DNA of 64,000 nucleotides from assembly GCA_026023565.1 (NCBI GenBank), contig JAPETS010000016.1:62001-126000 (forward strand). Direction: 5' to 3'. Numbering within the stretch: position 1 is the stretch's first letter; the number at the start of each line of letters is the position of its first letter. Source of the DNA: Cirrosporium novae-zelandiae (lineage: Eukaryota). Positions 52,665 through 64,000 of the stretch are shown here, piece by piece. Position numbers and translations under genes: made by a program. Below the pieces are notes generated by a model. It was not told the DNA's origin, did not search any database, and saw only the letters and a program-made list of their open reading frames with translations.

Positions 52665-54824
52665 ACTCGGGAATTATTCTTAGTAAAAGTAGACTTAAGA
52701 ATTATGACTTTTATGGAACGAAATAGGCCTCCCAGTTGAAGATGTTCTGTTAAGTATTCGAAAGAGAAGGATCTGAGAGAACGAGGGATCGGAAATTGGG
52801 AGACAAGTAACTGGAGCGAGGCAGTAGAGATGAATTATGAATCGGAAGATAGTCTTTCGTTCGAGAAAGGGGAGATGCGCAGGTTGAAGAGAAGCTGCTA
52901 TAGCTTCGAGGCTATAGCGTCAGATATGAATTAGCTTGTGGGCTTACATCCATAGGCCACACGGGGTGACTCAACATCAAAAGGTATATTCTGAAGGCAA
53001 CTGGGGGGGAGGGGGATTTCGTACCTCGCTAAAGGGAATTGTTTATGGACGACATTTTCGGCGGAATTGTCTAGTCGACTGTTCCTGAAGGGCCATTCCT
53101 TGGATAGCGGGGGTTAAGTGATGAGAAAATGAAGCTCCGTGGTAGATCTAAGAAAGAGAGAGAGAGAGAATTCAAGAGAGAAGATAATTTGTGGAAGATG
53201 GAAAGAAAAGCAGAGAAGAGATCACGACAAAGCCTGTGGGAACATCAACTAATGAGGTTTGACGGGATAGCCTTAAGAGTGGCCTAACCAAGAGTGAACA
53301 GCCAACACTGATTTCCTTTACCGGAGCTTGGACTCGGGGGGCCGAACACCCAAAGTTTGTCCTTTTGCTTCATGGCTATTAAACCCGAATTGTAGGCACG
53401 GAAACCCCATTGATGATAGGAATAAGTTATAAATTCTCATGGGAAATGATAGTCATTTTGGAAGGAAATATAACATGTCTAAGTCTAGCCATGACGTGCG
53501 ACTGCAGGATTACTTTTCTTATACTGGCTAACAATGGCTAAGCCTATGGGAGCCCCAGAAGAAACCCCCGAGAAGGCTTTGGTCCAACTGACCCCGGTCG
53601 CCGAACTAACCGGATCTAACTGTCTTTCTACACCCCAGTTCCATGCAGGGAGGGTGTCAAGGGCTCTGACCGCCAACCAGGGAATAATATACTTTTGGTC
53701 GCTGAGCGAATTACAGGACCCGTCGAGAGTTTCTAGATGGAATATCAAACTATAACTAACACCGCTCGGTGCATTGGACAATAAGAATATCAGTATGATT
53801 TCGGAATCATGAAATAGTTATATATATATACACTACTTGCTTCACCTTCTCCAGCTTGCTATACATAGCAGAGAAGTTCCTTTCTAGTCTACATAGCAAT
53901 CTTGGACCAAATAGGCATTGGCAGATGGGACGTCCTCGTGTGGGGTTACTATTGATTGGCAAAAACCACTAAAAAGGTTTTGTGTAACCACTCGAAACCT
54001 GTAAGGCTGAGTTCTCCCGAACTCAGGGGCAGTGCTATGCTGCATCAAAGCAGAGGCGTTTCCCCTATCAACAGGTCGGTACGTGTGCCTGTCCTGGTCC
54101 ATGTACAGTACACTTAATTAGTAGACACCCATCGCCGAACCGGATAAATATTGGTCCGCTATAGTTTGCTTTGCCGTGTCTGTACATGTCAACACATTTG
54201 ACATGGAATCCGTCATTTCCACGATTCCCACCCTCAAAGCCTTCACAAAACATAAAACATTAGGGCATCTTCCAAGATGGTGGAACTATGGGCACGACAA
54301 ACATCCAGCAATCAATTTTCAATTTTCTTTGCTCCATACGTTGCTAACTACCCGCTAAGCTCAGTATGAAGCAATCCTTCTCAAAACCAACCTCCCCACA
54401 AGTTCCTAGTTCGCCCCATCTCCCCGCATGCTTGGACGCTCTCACCTACTTTCTTAATAATTCATATGATATGAACTAATTTTGAACTGCATGGCATCCA
54501 TCTCTCGCCTTAACTTTCGGCCTCCTGCCAACAAGCTCACCTAGACCATGCCGTAGTTTTCTCCAATCATGAAAGCATAACATGCTATCCTTCGACCGAG
54601 CGGAGAACTCCCGAAGACCATATTCCCAAATACGCCTATATAAGACAGCATCCACGACTCTCCGAGCATTTGCCAGAAAACCGAAGGATAACAATGTGAG
54701 TAGCGACCACGCTATGCAAGTTACATATGAAGGGTATCTGTTGATGAGCAAATGCGCCGAAGAGCCGTGCAGGGTCATGGGGAGCGCCCGCGAAGTAGCG
54801 GTTTAACAAAGACTCTATCCCTAT

Positions 54825-57800
54825 TTACTTGCCCTCATCTGCTGCTCCATCGCTTGCAGGCACCATTGTTGGGTTTGGAGGAGGAGCTTGCTGATACATA
54901 TGAGGAGGTGGCTGTTGAGGAACTTGTCCCGAAGAGCTGCTTGGTGCTCGGTGAGGCTGCGGAGGATAATGGTGTGTTTGGCGGGGACTTGATGAGAAAT
55001 GTGGTTGGTAGCCTCCCCGCATAGGTGGCACTGTAATTCAATTTATTAGGATAGTCAAAATAAATTCAAAGGATTAACCTACTATGTCCTGGCTGCTGGA
55101 CAGCATACATTGGCTGGCCTTGAGCTCCTGGTCCCATGAACATCATAGGTTGATGCTGGCCTTGCTGGGAGCCCTGGTGCATCATCATTGGTGCTCCTCT
55201 GGGACTTGGGTATCCACTGTGAGGCTGTGGTGGAACATGCTGGGGATGAACAAAGCCCGGCCTGGGAGAGAAGGCTGGCATTTGAGGTGCGATTGGAACA
55301 CCCATTGGCTGCGGCATATTTAGATAAGGCCCTGCAGAATTCTGATGCATCATCATAGGTGCCATGGGGGCGCCCTGAACAGACATATACTGCGGTCCTC
55401 CAGGATATTGCCCCATATGGGCGGGCTGAGGACCGGTAGCTCCCATGACATATTGAGGCATGCCTTGTCCGTAAGCGAGTTGTGGATGAGGTCCCATGCC
55501 TGGGGTGTAGGCCATGTTGCTGTTCTGGAGACGCGGAGACGGATAGACTGAAGAATTTGAGGACGAGATCTGCATTCGATGGTGATCATCAAAGTGTTGG
55601 GGACCACCAAGATTAGGAGGTTGTGGCTGAAGGTGCTGGTAAGTTGCTTGTGGAGTTTGCAACTGTGGAATGACAGGGGCTCCTTGTTGAAGATGCAAAG
55701 GAAGTTGATGTTGGTGTGGAAGCTGTGCACTGGTCGCAGAACGATACTGAGGCGATGCTGCTTGGCCCTGGTACGGCACTTTCTCAAAGAAGTCTGTGTA
55801 TTTCTTATCTTGGTTCTGCTCCGAAACTTCCCAGGTTGGAGGAGTGCGATAAGCCTGGGGAATACCTCCATTGGCAGCATAGGCCTTTGCAGTTGCTTCA
55901 TCCTTCTCACCGTCTTTTTTCATTCGTTTGATTGGATTGAAATTTCCATCTAGTGATGGCCGATCGAACGTAGGAATAGGCTTCTTATCTCCAAAGAAGG
56001 CCGATGGAGTCTGTGCACGGGATACAGTACGGGCGTGGCTGTTTGATCGGGGGCTGGAAGTAACGCTTGGGTTGCCAGTTGGAGTAAATGCGTTTGCATT
56101 TGGATTTGGTTTGAACTCCATAGCTTTTGCGTTGAACTTGGTTGACACAGCAGATGTTGGGGTAGGAACTCCGCTCTGTCGCCGAGGGCTTGATACGCCG
56201 GAATGATGATCAAAAGCAGCACCTGTAGGAACACGTCCATCGTGAATTGGCAACGGCGCTGGAACGGCTGAAGGAATACCTGCTTTCCGTTGTTGTTGTA
56301 TATCAGCCAACCGATGGCCAAGCATTCCGGTACCAGTACCATTACGGGGTTGGTGAAAGTTCATGCTTTGCATATTGCGATCGTTTCGCATAGGTTGAGA
56401 ATTCATGGGGCCAGAAGGAGGATATCGTTGATTGCGTGGGAAAGTACCCCGTTCGGGAGTGTTTATCGCAGAGGTTGCTGCAACGTCGTATCGACCTGTA
56501 GCTGCAACATGGGATTTTGGGTCTGTTGGCACTGAAGATTTGGGAGTAGTATGTACTGTAGTTGATTTTGCAACCTCTTCCATCTGTTGATTAGCCTTTG
56601 CGATGATTTGCTCTTGCTTGGCTTTATCCTTGGCCAAAATAGGAATCAAGTCCTTTGGAACAGGTGTAGATAGTTTGAAGTTCTGAGAGAATTTCATCAA
56701 GTCATTGAGTTTGACAGCTTTGTCATGGGAAGCATGGCGCCTGCGACTTTCCTCGAACTTCCACTTTTCATTACTGGCAAATTGCTTGAAGGCAGCGTGA
56801 ACTTGAGTCTCAATCTTCTCATTTTCCCCGGATCCGGTGGCAGCGACATTGGGAGCTGGCGAGATCTTTCGCGAAGGTCGCTTTTGCTCATTTCCACCAA
56901 GCACTTTTCCAGGTATTAATGGTTTTGCGGGTGCAGCAGAAGCATTCAACTTGTCAGCTGAAATATCGGTGTTGAGTTTGCCTTTCTGGTTTTGGGGGAC
57001 TGGTGGGGTGGATACTTGTTGAGGTGCTTTGGGGGTTGACTTGGGTTTTGCGAGTTGTGAAGAAATAATCGCGGGGTCAACTGGAGCACCCGCCACAGTA
57101 GGCTGGCCTGTAGGTGGCCGGCGAGCTGGGGGAGTGTATTTATTCGGTTGACCAGACTGAAGTGGTGGAAAGTCCACATCGTTGCGCCGAACACCACTGT
57201 ATTTATCCTCTTCATTTAAGCCGCTGTCATCCGCAGCAGCCAAGCCACGTTCTTCTCGGATGTGAACATTCGTAGTCTGAGAACCTTCGATTTCCTTGGC
57301 AATTCGTTCAGCGTCAGCCAATTTTTGTTTATAGCGTGGGTCGGACCGATCGATGCTAGTTGTGTATAGATTTTCATCATAGTCACTGCGAAGTCCATAT
57401 AAACGTTCATTGGCTTCGAATTGGTCCCATTCACCATGATCGGCACTTTCAAGTGACATGTCAACATCTGCTGTTGAGGATGGCTGCCAACGTTGCAAAG
57501 GCCTTTCGCGCGATACTGTATTCCCTGATATATCTGTGTCAGTCTTGAAAGTAGAGCTTACGCCATTTTGAGATTTGTTTGGCTGCTCGGCAAGATCAAC
57601 TGTATCTGACCAAAATCTGATAACATCTTTAGTTTTGAAGCTCATCGCATGATCAGGGCCATGACCGATATATTCGCCAGAGCCTGCTGTGCCGCCATTC
57701 GGCTGCTCAACACCTGTACCTAAGATCTTCTGAACCATTTTTAACATGATAGAGTTCTCGGCAGCTCCCATTTCTGCGGTGGAGAAGATACCAGCGAACT

Positions 57801-58536
57801 TGTCGCCATTTTTTACTTCGACGGTAATAGTGGTACCCTTTTTTTTATTAGCGATCGGAAGAGAGAAAGAGCAGTAGAAAGACTTACGACCAAGTGACCC
57901 AGTAGGTATAGCATTCGATCATGCAAATGATCAAGCAAAGGCTTATCAAATGTGTTCATCTCCTTCTGACCCATTGACTTTACCGTCTCGGCGTTCTTAT
58001 TGTTTGTGGAAGGGACGCCGTTCTGTTGGAGGGAATTAGTTGGTCGCTGTGTAATAGGATTTGTGCCTTGTGTCCAAGCTTTAGGAGGGTTGCTGCGTCT
58101 AATGAAATTAAAGTGAGGTTAGCTTATTGCCTCTCAGGTACAGAAACGATGATGATGTAAAACGATAACGGGAAACACATAATAAGGATAGACATAGAGA
58201 TTAATAGTAACTAGTCGGAGGCAAAGACCAGGCATGATTGAAAAGTGAATTGAAGTTGAGGCTTAGCAGATGGTGGGCAGGTTCCAGAGACCACATTTCA
58301 GCGAAATAACGGCGGACAAAACAATTTTGGAAAGTTGATTTTAACAACAAGAATTTTGCTCACCTCTGAGTTCCTTCGACTGGAGAATTAGCCTGTCTCC
58401 GACCAGAGTCAATGATCTTGGAACCGGCCGCTGACTTATTATTTGCTGATCTGACGGAGTTTGCGTTTGTGTTAAAAGCCTTGTTGCCTGAAGTAGTATT
58501 GTTGACTGCAGATGCAGCAGTTGCTGTAGACGCCAT
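54825..58536 (-). CDS. PBP1: Pab1-binding protein Pbp1 / ataxin-2 homolog (4 exons)
   Basis: Lsm-like HDRMLYLLGHLV|GTTITVEVKNGDKFAGIFS, LsmAD WDQFEANERLYGLRSDYDENLYTT, PAM2-like KFNAKAMEFKPNPNANAFTP and a Q/P/M-rich tail. Introns 58099-58363, 57838-57887 and 55031-55082. Confidence 0.95.
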
Positions 58537-59029
58537 ATTGGCGATTTTCAGTAGCTGACGTTGTGCGGACGTCTCCCTCTCGCAACGCAGCCGATGCCCA
58601 TTCACCAAACCACAGCCACTACCTAAAGCTCACCGCAGAGAAGCGCTCACCTTGGCGCCAAGCGAGAAGAAAAAGAGACAAGAGAAAGACTGACTCGATG
58701 AAAGACACGAGTTGGCCTGAGGGAGGGGGGGGGGGAGGAAGGACGGAGGACGATGAGGTGTGGAGAGGATAAGGGTTGAGGATGATTTTCTGTACTGGAG
58801 CGGGATTAGTCCTTTCGTACTGAGACAGAGTTCTAAGGTTGGGAACGGACAGCCGTTCCAGCCAAGTTTGTGATAGTGTATGAGTAGTGCTTTCCACTCG
58901 ACGGGAGCTTGTCTGGTTGGATGAATTGAGATCGGCGCTTTTACTTACCGTGTAATGAATAGATACTGAGTAGTATTTTTGTAATATGGACGAGCGTTGT
59001 TTCACCCGACGGAAAGTCAGCGAAAACAA

Positions 59030-59084
59030 TGTATGTGTGTATATATGTGTGTGTGTGTGTGTGCGTGTGTGCGTGTATGTGTGT
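59030..59084. repeat. Imperfect (GT)n microsatellite
   Basis: Run of tg/gt dinucleotides upstream of PBP1. Confidence 0.85.
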
Positions 59085-59569
59085 AGGATGGTGGTGAGGA
59101 TTTTGTGAATAATAAAGAAGCGCTATGGTTGGAGAGAGCTCTGTTCTACTCTGGCTAGTAAGTTAAGAAAATTGTGGGGGAAACGGGAAATAATTCAGTA
59201 ACGATTTGAGAGATGAGGAGATAATCGGAGGAGGGGGGGATGAAAGTCCAAAGTAGCTTTTGGACCTTTTTTTTTCGGGTGGGAATTGTTGGTTCAATGG
59301 TTTTGTGTTTGGGTTGTCAAAGAGGACAGACAAGTTGAGAGACCAACTCAACCTCTCAAGACGAAACGAACATTTTTTGGGGGGGCTGATGTTCAGACAC
59401 AAATCGACACAATGTTGGCGCTCAGTGAAATCCAGTGGCCCAGTAGTCAGTATAGACGGTACACAGTTATTTTACTTTTACTCTTAGTTTTGCCCGTCCC
59501 TTTTCTTCTTTCCTTTCTTCCTTTTCTTTCTTTCTTTCCTTCTCCCTTGTTACTTTCTAACAAGAGCTT

Positions 59570-59612
59570 TCTCTCTCTCTCGCTCACACACACACACACA
59601 CACACACACACA
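59570..59612. repeat. Compound (CT)n(CA)n microsatellite
   Basis: ctctctctctcgctcacacacaca... seen directly. Confidence 0.9.
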
Positions 59613-61125
59613 ACAGAGTTAAAACCTGAGAAGGCTTGATACCAAATAGGATTAGCGGCTTGAACTCTCTCCACCGGAGAAACATCGTTCAGCCTACTTT
59701 TTTATCTTGGTACCAAATACTTTTGTTTTCCTCTTGGGAATATTGATAAATATTGGTAGGCATTGTTATGATAAAAGTATAAAAGATGATGCTTATTCTA
59801 TTTGAGAATTCTACTTGTAAGAATATCTATCTCTATCGACCTAGATATGACTGTACTAGAATCTATTTATGAGTTGAAAGATTAGTAGACGTGCCAGGAT
59901 AGCCAAAGCCATAAGTTATAACACCCGGTCATTATTGAGCCTTAAAGGGTTGAGGCGACCGTATGTAGCCCACTTTCAAGCTTCACATGTTGGAAACCGT
60001 CGGATGGATCCACCAGATTGTATATTTTGAATCTTAATCATGTACCAACAAGCCACTATTGATTCACCCATATGCCGACGCTTGTAAACAAGGTGTCTAT
60101 ATTTCAGGCAGACATACTGTAGATAAATCATTCAATATTTGACTTTTGTAATAATGTACCACCTCAACTACTTGGCATCAGCCATCTTTAATTAGTACAT
60201 GATACTCTAGTTCAGGTAGTCGTGGTCACGTAAACTACCGACCTAGGGAGTAGACGTGACTTGGACTTGGTAGCTCAATCACTAAGGGTCGGATAAACCC
60301 TTGGTTCAACAATCATCACTTTTACAGCGCACAAAACAAATAAAAAGTAGAAAATATAGAAAATATAAAAAATATAAGAAAAATTAAAAAAAAAAATAAG
60401 AAAAGTAAAAATAAAATAAATGGTTCTATAGCTATATCGGTAGATATGTAATTTGTTTCTGTTTCTGTTTCCATCAAAGACCTGCAGTGATCCTCCAGCG
60501 GCTGGGAGACGGGGGGGGGGGATAAGGGGACCAAAGGAATCAAGGGATTGAAATAAAAATTAAATGTGTCTCTCGGCTTTAGCCGTCCTTAGCGAACACC
60601 CTTCCTCGCCCAACCGACCCCGTGGCCTAAAGGCTCCCCCCAGTGGTCAGTGGTCACAGCGGTCTCTCTCCAACAACCTACTCCCCCCCCCCCCCCCAAA
60701 CTTCTAAAATACCTGCCATCCTCAACTCGAAAAAAAAATAAAAAAGTTTTTTGTAGATAGTTGGTCATTTGCCAACCAGTTAGGTTGGTTGTAGAGGTGT
60801 CTGTGTATCTATAGAGAAAAACCCCTCCAACCCCCCTCCCTCGTACCAAATAGCATAAGTCGAATACTCTACACAAGTCACACATAGTTTACCAAACGTG
60901 GTGTTGGTCTCACCGTCTCTCTATGAGCATGTGGAAACCTGAACCTGAACGGACCTAATTAGATGAACAACACTTGCTCCGCTTCTTCACTAAGAACATC
61001 TGCCTTCTCCTTGCCTATTACCTAAATTACAGAGAAAGAAGATCTCCGGCCTTCTCTACTGCCCCAGATCGCTATTTTATCTGCATGCACTTAGCTTTAA
61101 ACCTTTTTCTCGCGCCACGATACAA

Positions 61126-64000
61126 ATGGCTCATAACTCTCAGAAAGCTCCTAGACGATCACCTGCTGCTGAACCTGGACCTCCTCCATCATACCGCGCT
61201 CCTTCAAACTCATCTGTATCAACCAAAATGGATTCTTCTGGTTCACAGGTAGCTTCGCCAACTTCGAGAAGTTCATCTTCTCGATCATCTAGAAATGTCA
61301 GTCAAGTCCCCCCCCCCTCCCCCCCGAACTCAACTGTTCGTGTTGTTCAGGGAAACCCAACCTTTTGCGCAAACGTGAATCGCCTTCACAGGCTGACACT
61401 ACTCTCTAGCCTTCACAACAGCTTTCGCAAATTGAAAAAAGCGTCACTCATTTACTTGTCGCCACGAAACAATTACTCGAAACTTTGACCAGCTGGTCTC
61501 GGAGGCAGGCCACAGACAGACAGGTTTCCGATGTCTACGTGTTGCTTGGATATGAATTTAATATTGCCTGTCGAGCCTTCACGGCGATTGGCGTGGATAT
61601 TTCAGACCTTGGAAATGTGCCCGAGGTTTTACGTACCGTTCTCGAAGATACATTAAGTCAAGAGGCTACTCCCCAGAGTCTCGACCATTATCTGCCACGG
61701 ATTCGAGATATAATCATAAATTTACTTCAGGGCCTTAAAAAGAAGCAGACTAAGCTCAGGAATAGACAAAACAGTGGTTATCCAGCAACGGTCAATGGCC
61801 ATGTTCCGCGGCAAGACAGCATTACAAGCGTTGGCAGTGGAGATAGTGGCCTAACTCGAATGCTCGAGGATGGAACAAAGAAAGCGGAGGAGAGACCGGA
61901 TGAACCCCAGCGCCAACAATATGATCGCTATCAAGCAACGAGTAGCCCGACTGAACAACCAAAGGTGCCTAATCGAAGTTCCTCCGTTCACACGAGTCGA
62001 CGGAAATCGCCACCCCAAACGGACCAAACATCAAATGCCTCCAAACGAGAGACACAAAGGTCGAATCAAACTTCTCCGTCCGGATCTTCACTTTCTAGTA
62101 ATACCATGCAGAATATTCCTGTTATTGCTCCATTTCCTGATGACCGCGGTTCCCCTGTGCGAGAGTCCACCCTATCTGGAATTCCGGCATCATTTCCTCC
62201 CCCGCCGCCTCCCCCGAAACAACAAGATGCCCTGGCAGCTTTACAACGAGGAGGAGAGCTGGAACGAAGAGCTTCAAGAAGGTATTCACAATATCAGATT
62301 TCGAAACATCTTGGGGCTTCTCCGGGAGGAGTTCCAATGCTCCCCCCGAGTCAAAATTCCCCCATTCCGAATCGAGGGAGGGATAACCGGGAGTCTTTAA
62401 ATGCGGTTCGTGTGCGTGGTTCCTTGGCTCACATCCGAGGCCAATCATCCAACCGTCTCACTACTAGCATGTCCATGGGCAATTTGCCAAACCGAATTTC
62501 AGAAGAAAGTGTAAAGAGTAGAGACCCAGTAATTAGGTTGCCAGACGATGCACCGCCTGACGATAGCCCGACTGCCAAAACGCCGGAGGATAAATATCGT
62601 TCTCCTGCCTTACCAATGCCTGTCCCCGATATACCTGTTCTCGAGGCAACTTTATCGGGCCCCGCTGAGATCCCTTCGGGGATAGCTGACGAGGCGAAAG
62701 GTAAAGGACCAGAGAAATCTCTACCCAGGCTTCCCTCCGACGTGTCCATCACAGACCAGGAAAGGCCCAAGAAGCCTTCAATAGCTACGCCCACCGAGAC
62801 GCGGCAATTCACTCCAGAAGGGACTCCAGGACCCGGAAAGGAATTAACATTATTTCTGCAATACAAGAGTAAGATTAAAAAGTTTGTTCTTTCTGAGGGC
62901 TATGACGAACTATCGGTTGCTCGATTGCAACTCGCATTTATTGAAAAATTTAATTGGAACACCCATAGCAATGGGCGGGATCTTCCCGAAATCTACATAC
63001 AAGATCCTATATCGGGTGTTCGCCATGAACTTGAAGACCTTAGCGACATCAAAGATCGTTCTGTGCTTGTTTTGAATGTAGAAGCTCTAGACGAAGTCAA
63101 AAGTCATATCGATGAAGGCATTGGTGGACTTCGTCGCATGCTCGACAGCGTTCGTGCCGTTGTTGAGAACCAAGAGAGCACAATCCAACGTGTCTCGACC
63201 TTACAACAGGACACTGCTAAAGAAGTTGCTAAACTTGCCGCTACTCCAGCGCCAGCTACCGCGACTGCTATTGCTACTACCGTGTCTCGTACTATTAGTC
63301 TTCCAAGCACAGCCCGTTCTACTCCAATTATTCTAAATGCAAATAGTGCTTCCTCGGCAGCTCAACTCTCCGAGATTCAAAGTCTCCGCCGTGACCTTGC
63401 TGTGGTTCGCCAAACATACAGCAATTTCGTTGACGAAATGACTTCATCTATGACTTCTATCCGTGGCAAGGCCTCTTCTATCAAGACTGTTGCAGTGCAA
63501 TCTGCGGTTCCAAGTCTCGATCCTGACTCTGGACGTGCCTATGTTAATGTTGGAAAGAAGGCATTGGGTGATGACTCGGAGAAAATTGTTAACCGCGTTG
63601 ATGATCTTCAAGATATCGTCGAAGATCTCCGCAAGGATGTTGTCACTCGTGGTGTTCGACCTCTTCCACGTAAACTCGAGGTTGTGTCAAAAGATATTAG
63701 CGTCGCCACAGCCGAGCTTAAGAAAATGCAGCAGTTTCTTAAACGCGAGAAGCCTCTATGGACCAAGATTTGGGAAAAAGAATTGGAACTTGTTTGCAAT
63801 GAACGTGATTTCCTGACGTTGCAAGAAGACTTGGCGGCAGATTTGGAAGACGATCTTGAGAAGGCATCACAGACATTTGCTCTTGTAGAACAAGCTACAA
63901 AACAGCAGAATCTGACCGCACAAGCCAATGGCGACGTAGTTGCCCCTGGAAGCAATTTCAGAAATTCTTCGAGAAGCCTTCCAATTGAAACATCTCTCGA
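61126..64000 (+). CDS. BUD6: Actin-interacting polarisome protein Bud6/Aip3 (3' end outside the window)
   Basis: Intron 61297-61409, then LSQIEKSVTHLLVATKQLLETLT. AIP3-domain motifs LTLFLQYKSKIKKFVL, RLQLAFIEKF, DLQDIVEDLRKDVVTRGVRP and EKPLWTKIWEKEL. The frame is open to the window end. Confidence 0.95.

Overview
Eukaryotic DNA from a filamentous ascomycete (Pezizomycotina): short GT-AG introns with CTRAY branch points, many microsatellites and homopolymers. Recognisable genes in order: Ecl1-family protein; secreted Ser/Thr-rich, probably GPI-anchored protein; a compact block of TPX2-like protein, DAD2, shugoshin (SGO1), YPI1 and CRM1/exportin-1; FAD monooxygenase; a small hypothetical protein; a secreted 10-Cys mucin-like protein; class II aldolase/adducin-family protein; kelch-repeat membrane protein; SIW14-family phosphatase; PBP1/ataxin-2; and BUD6/AIP3, which runs off the window. 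I saw no rRNA, tRNA, CRISPR array or intact transposon. The most unusual region is about 43.7-45.4 kb. It has no long ORF but is dense in plus-strand splice signals: 10 CTAAC branch points in about 900 nt, acceptors at intron-length spacing, one stack of overlapping donors, and a 52-nt exon that could encode a CYSTM-like ...ECCC C-terminus. Gene names come from motif recognition only, with no database search. Exon boundaries are manual predictions.
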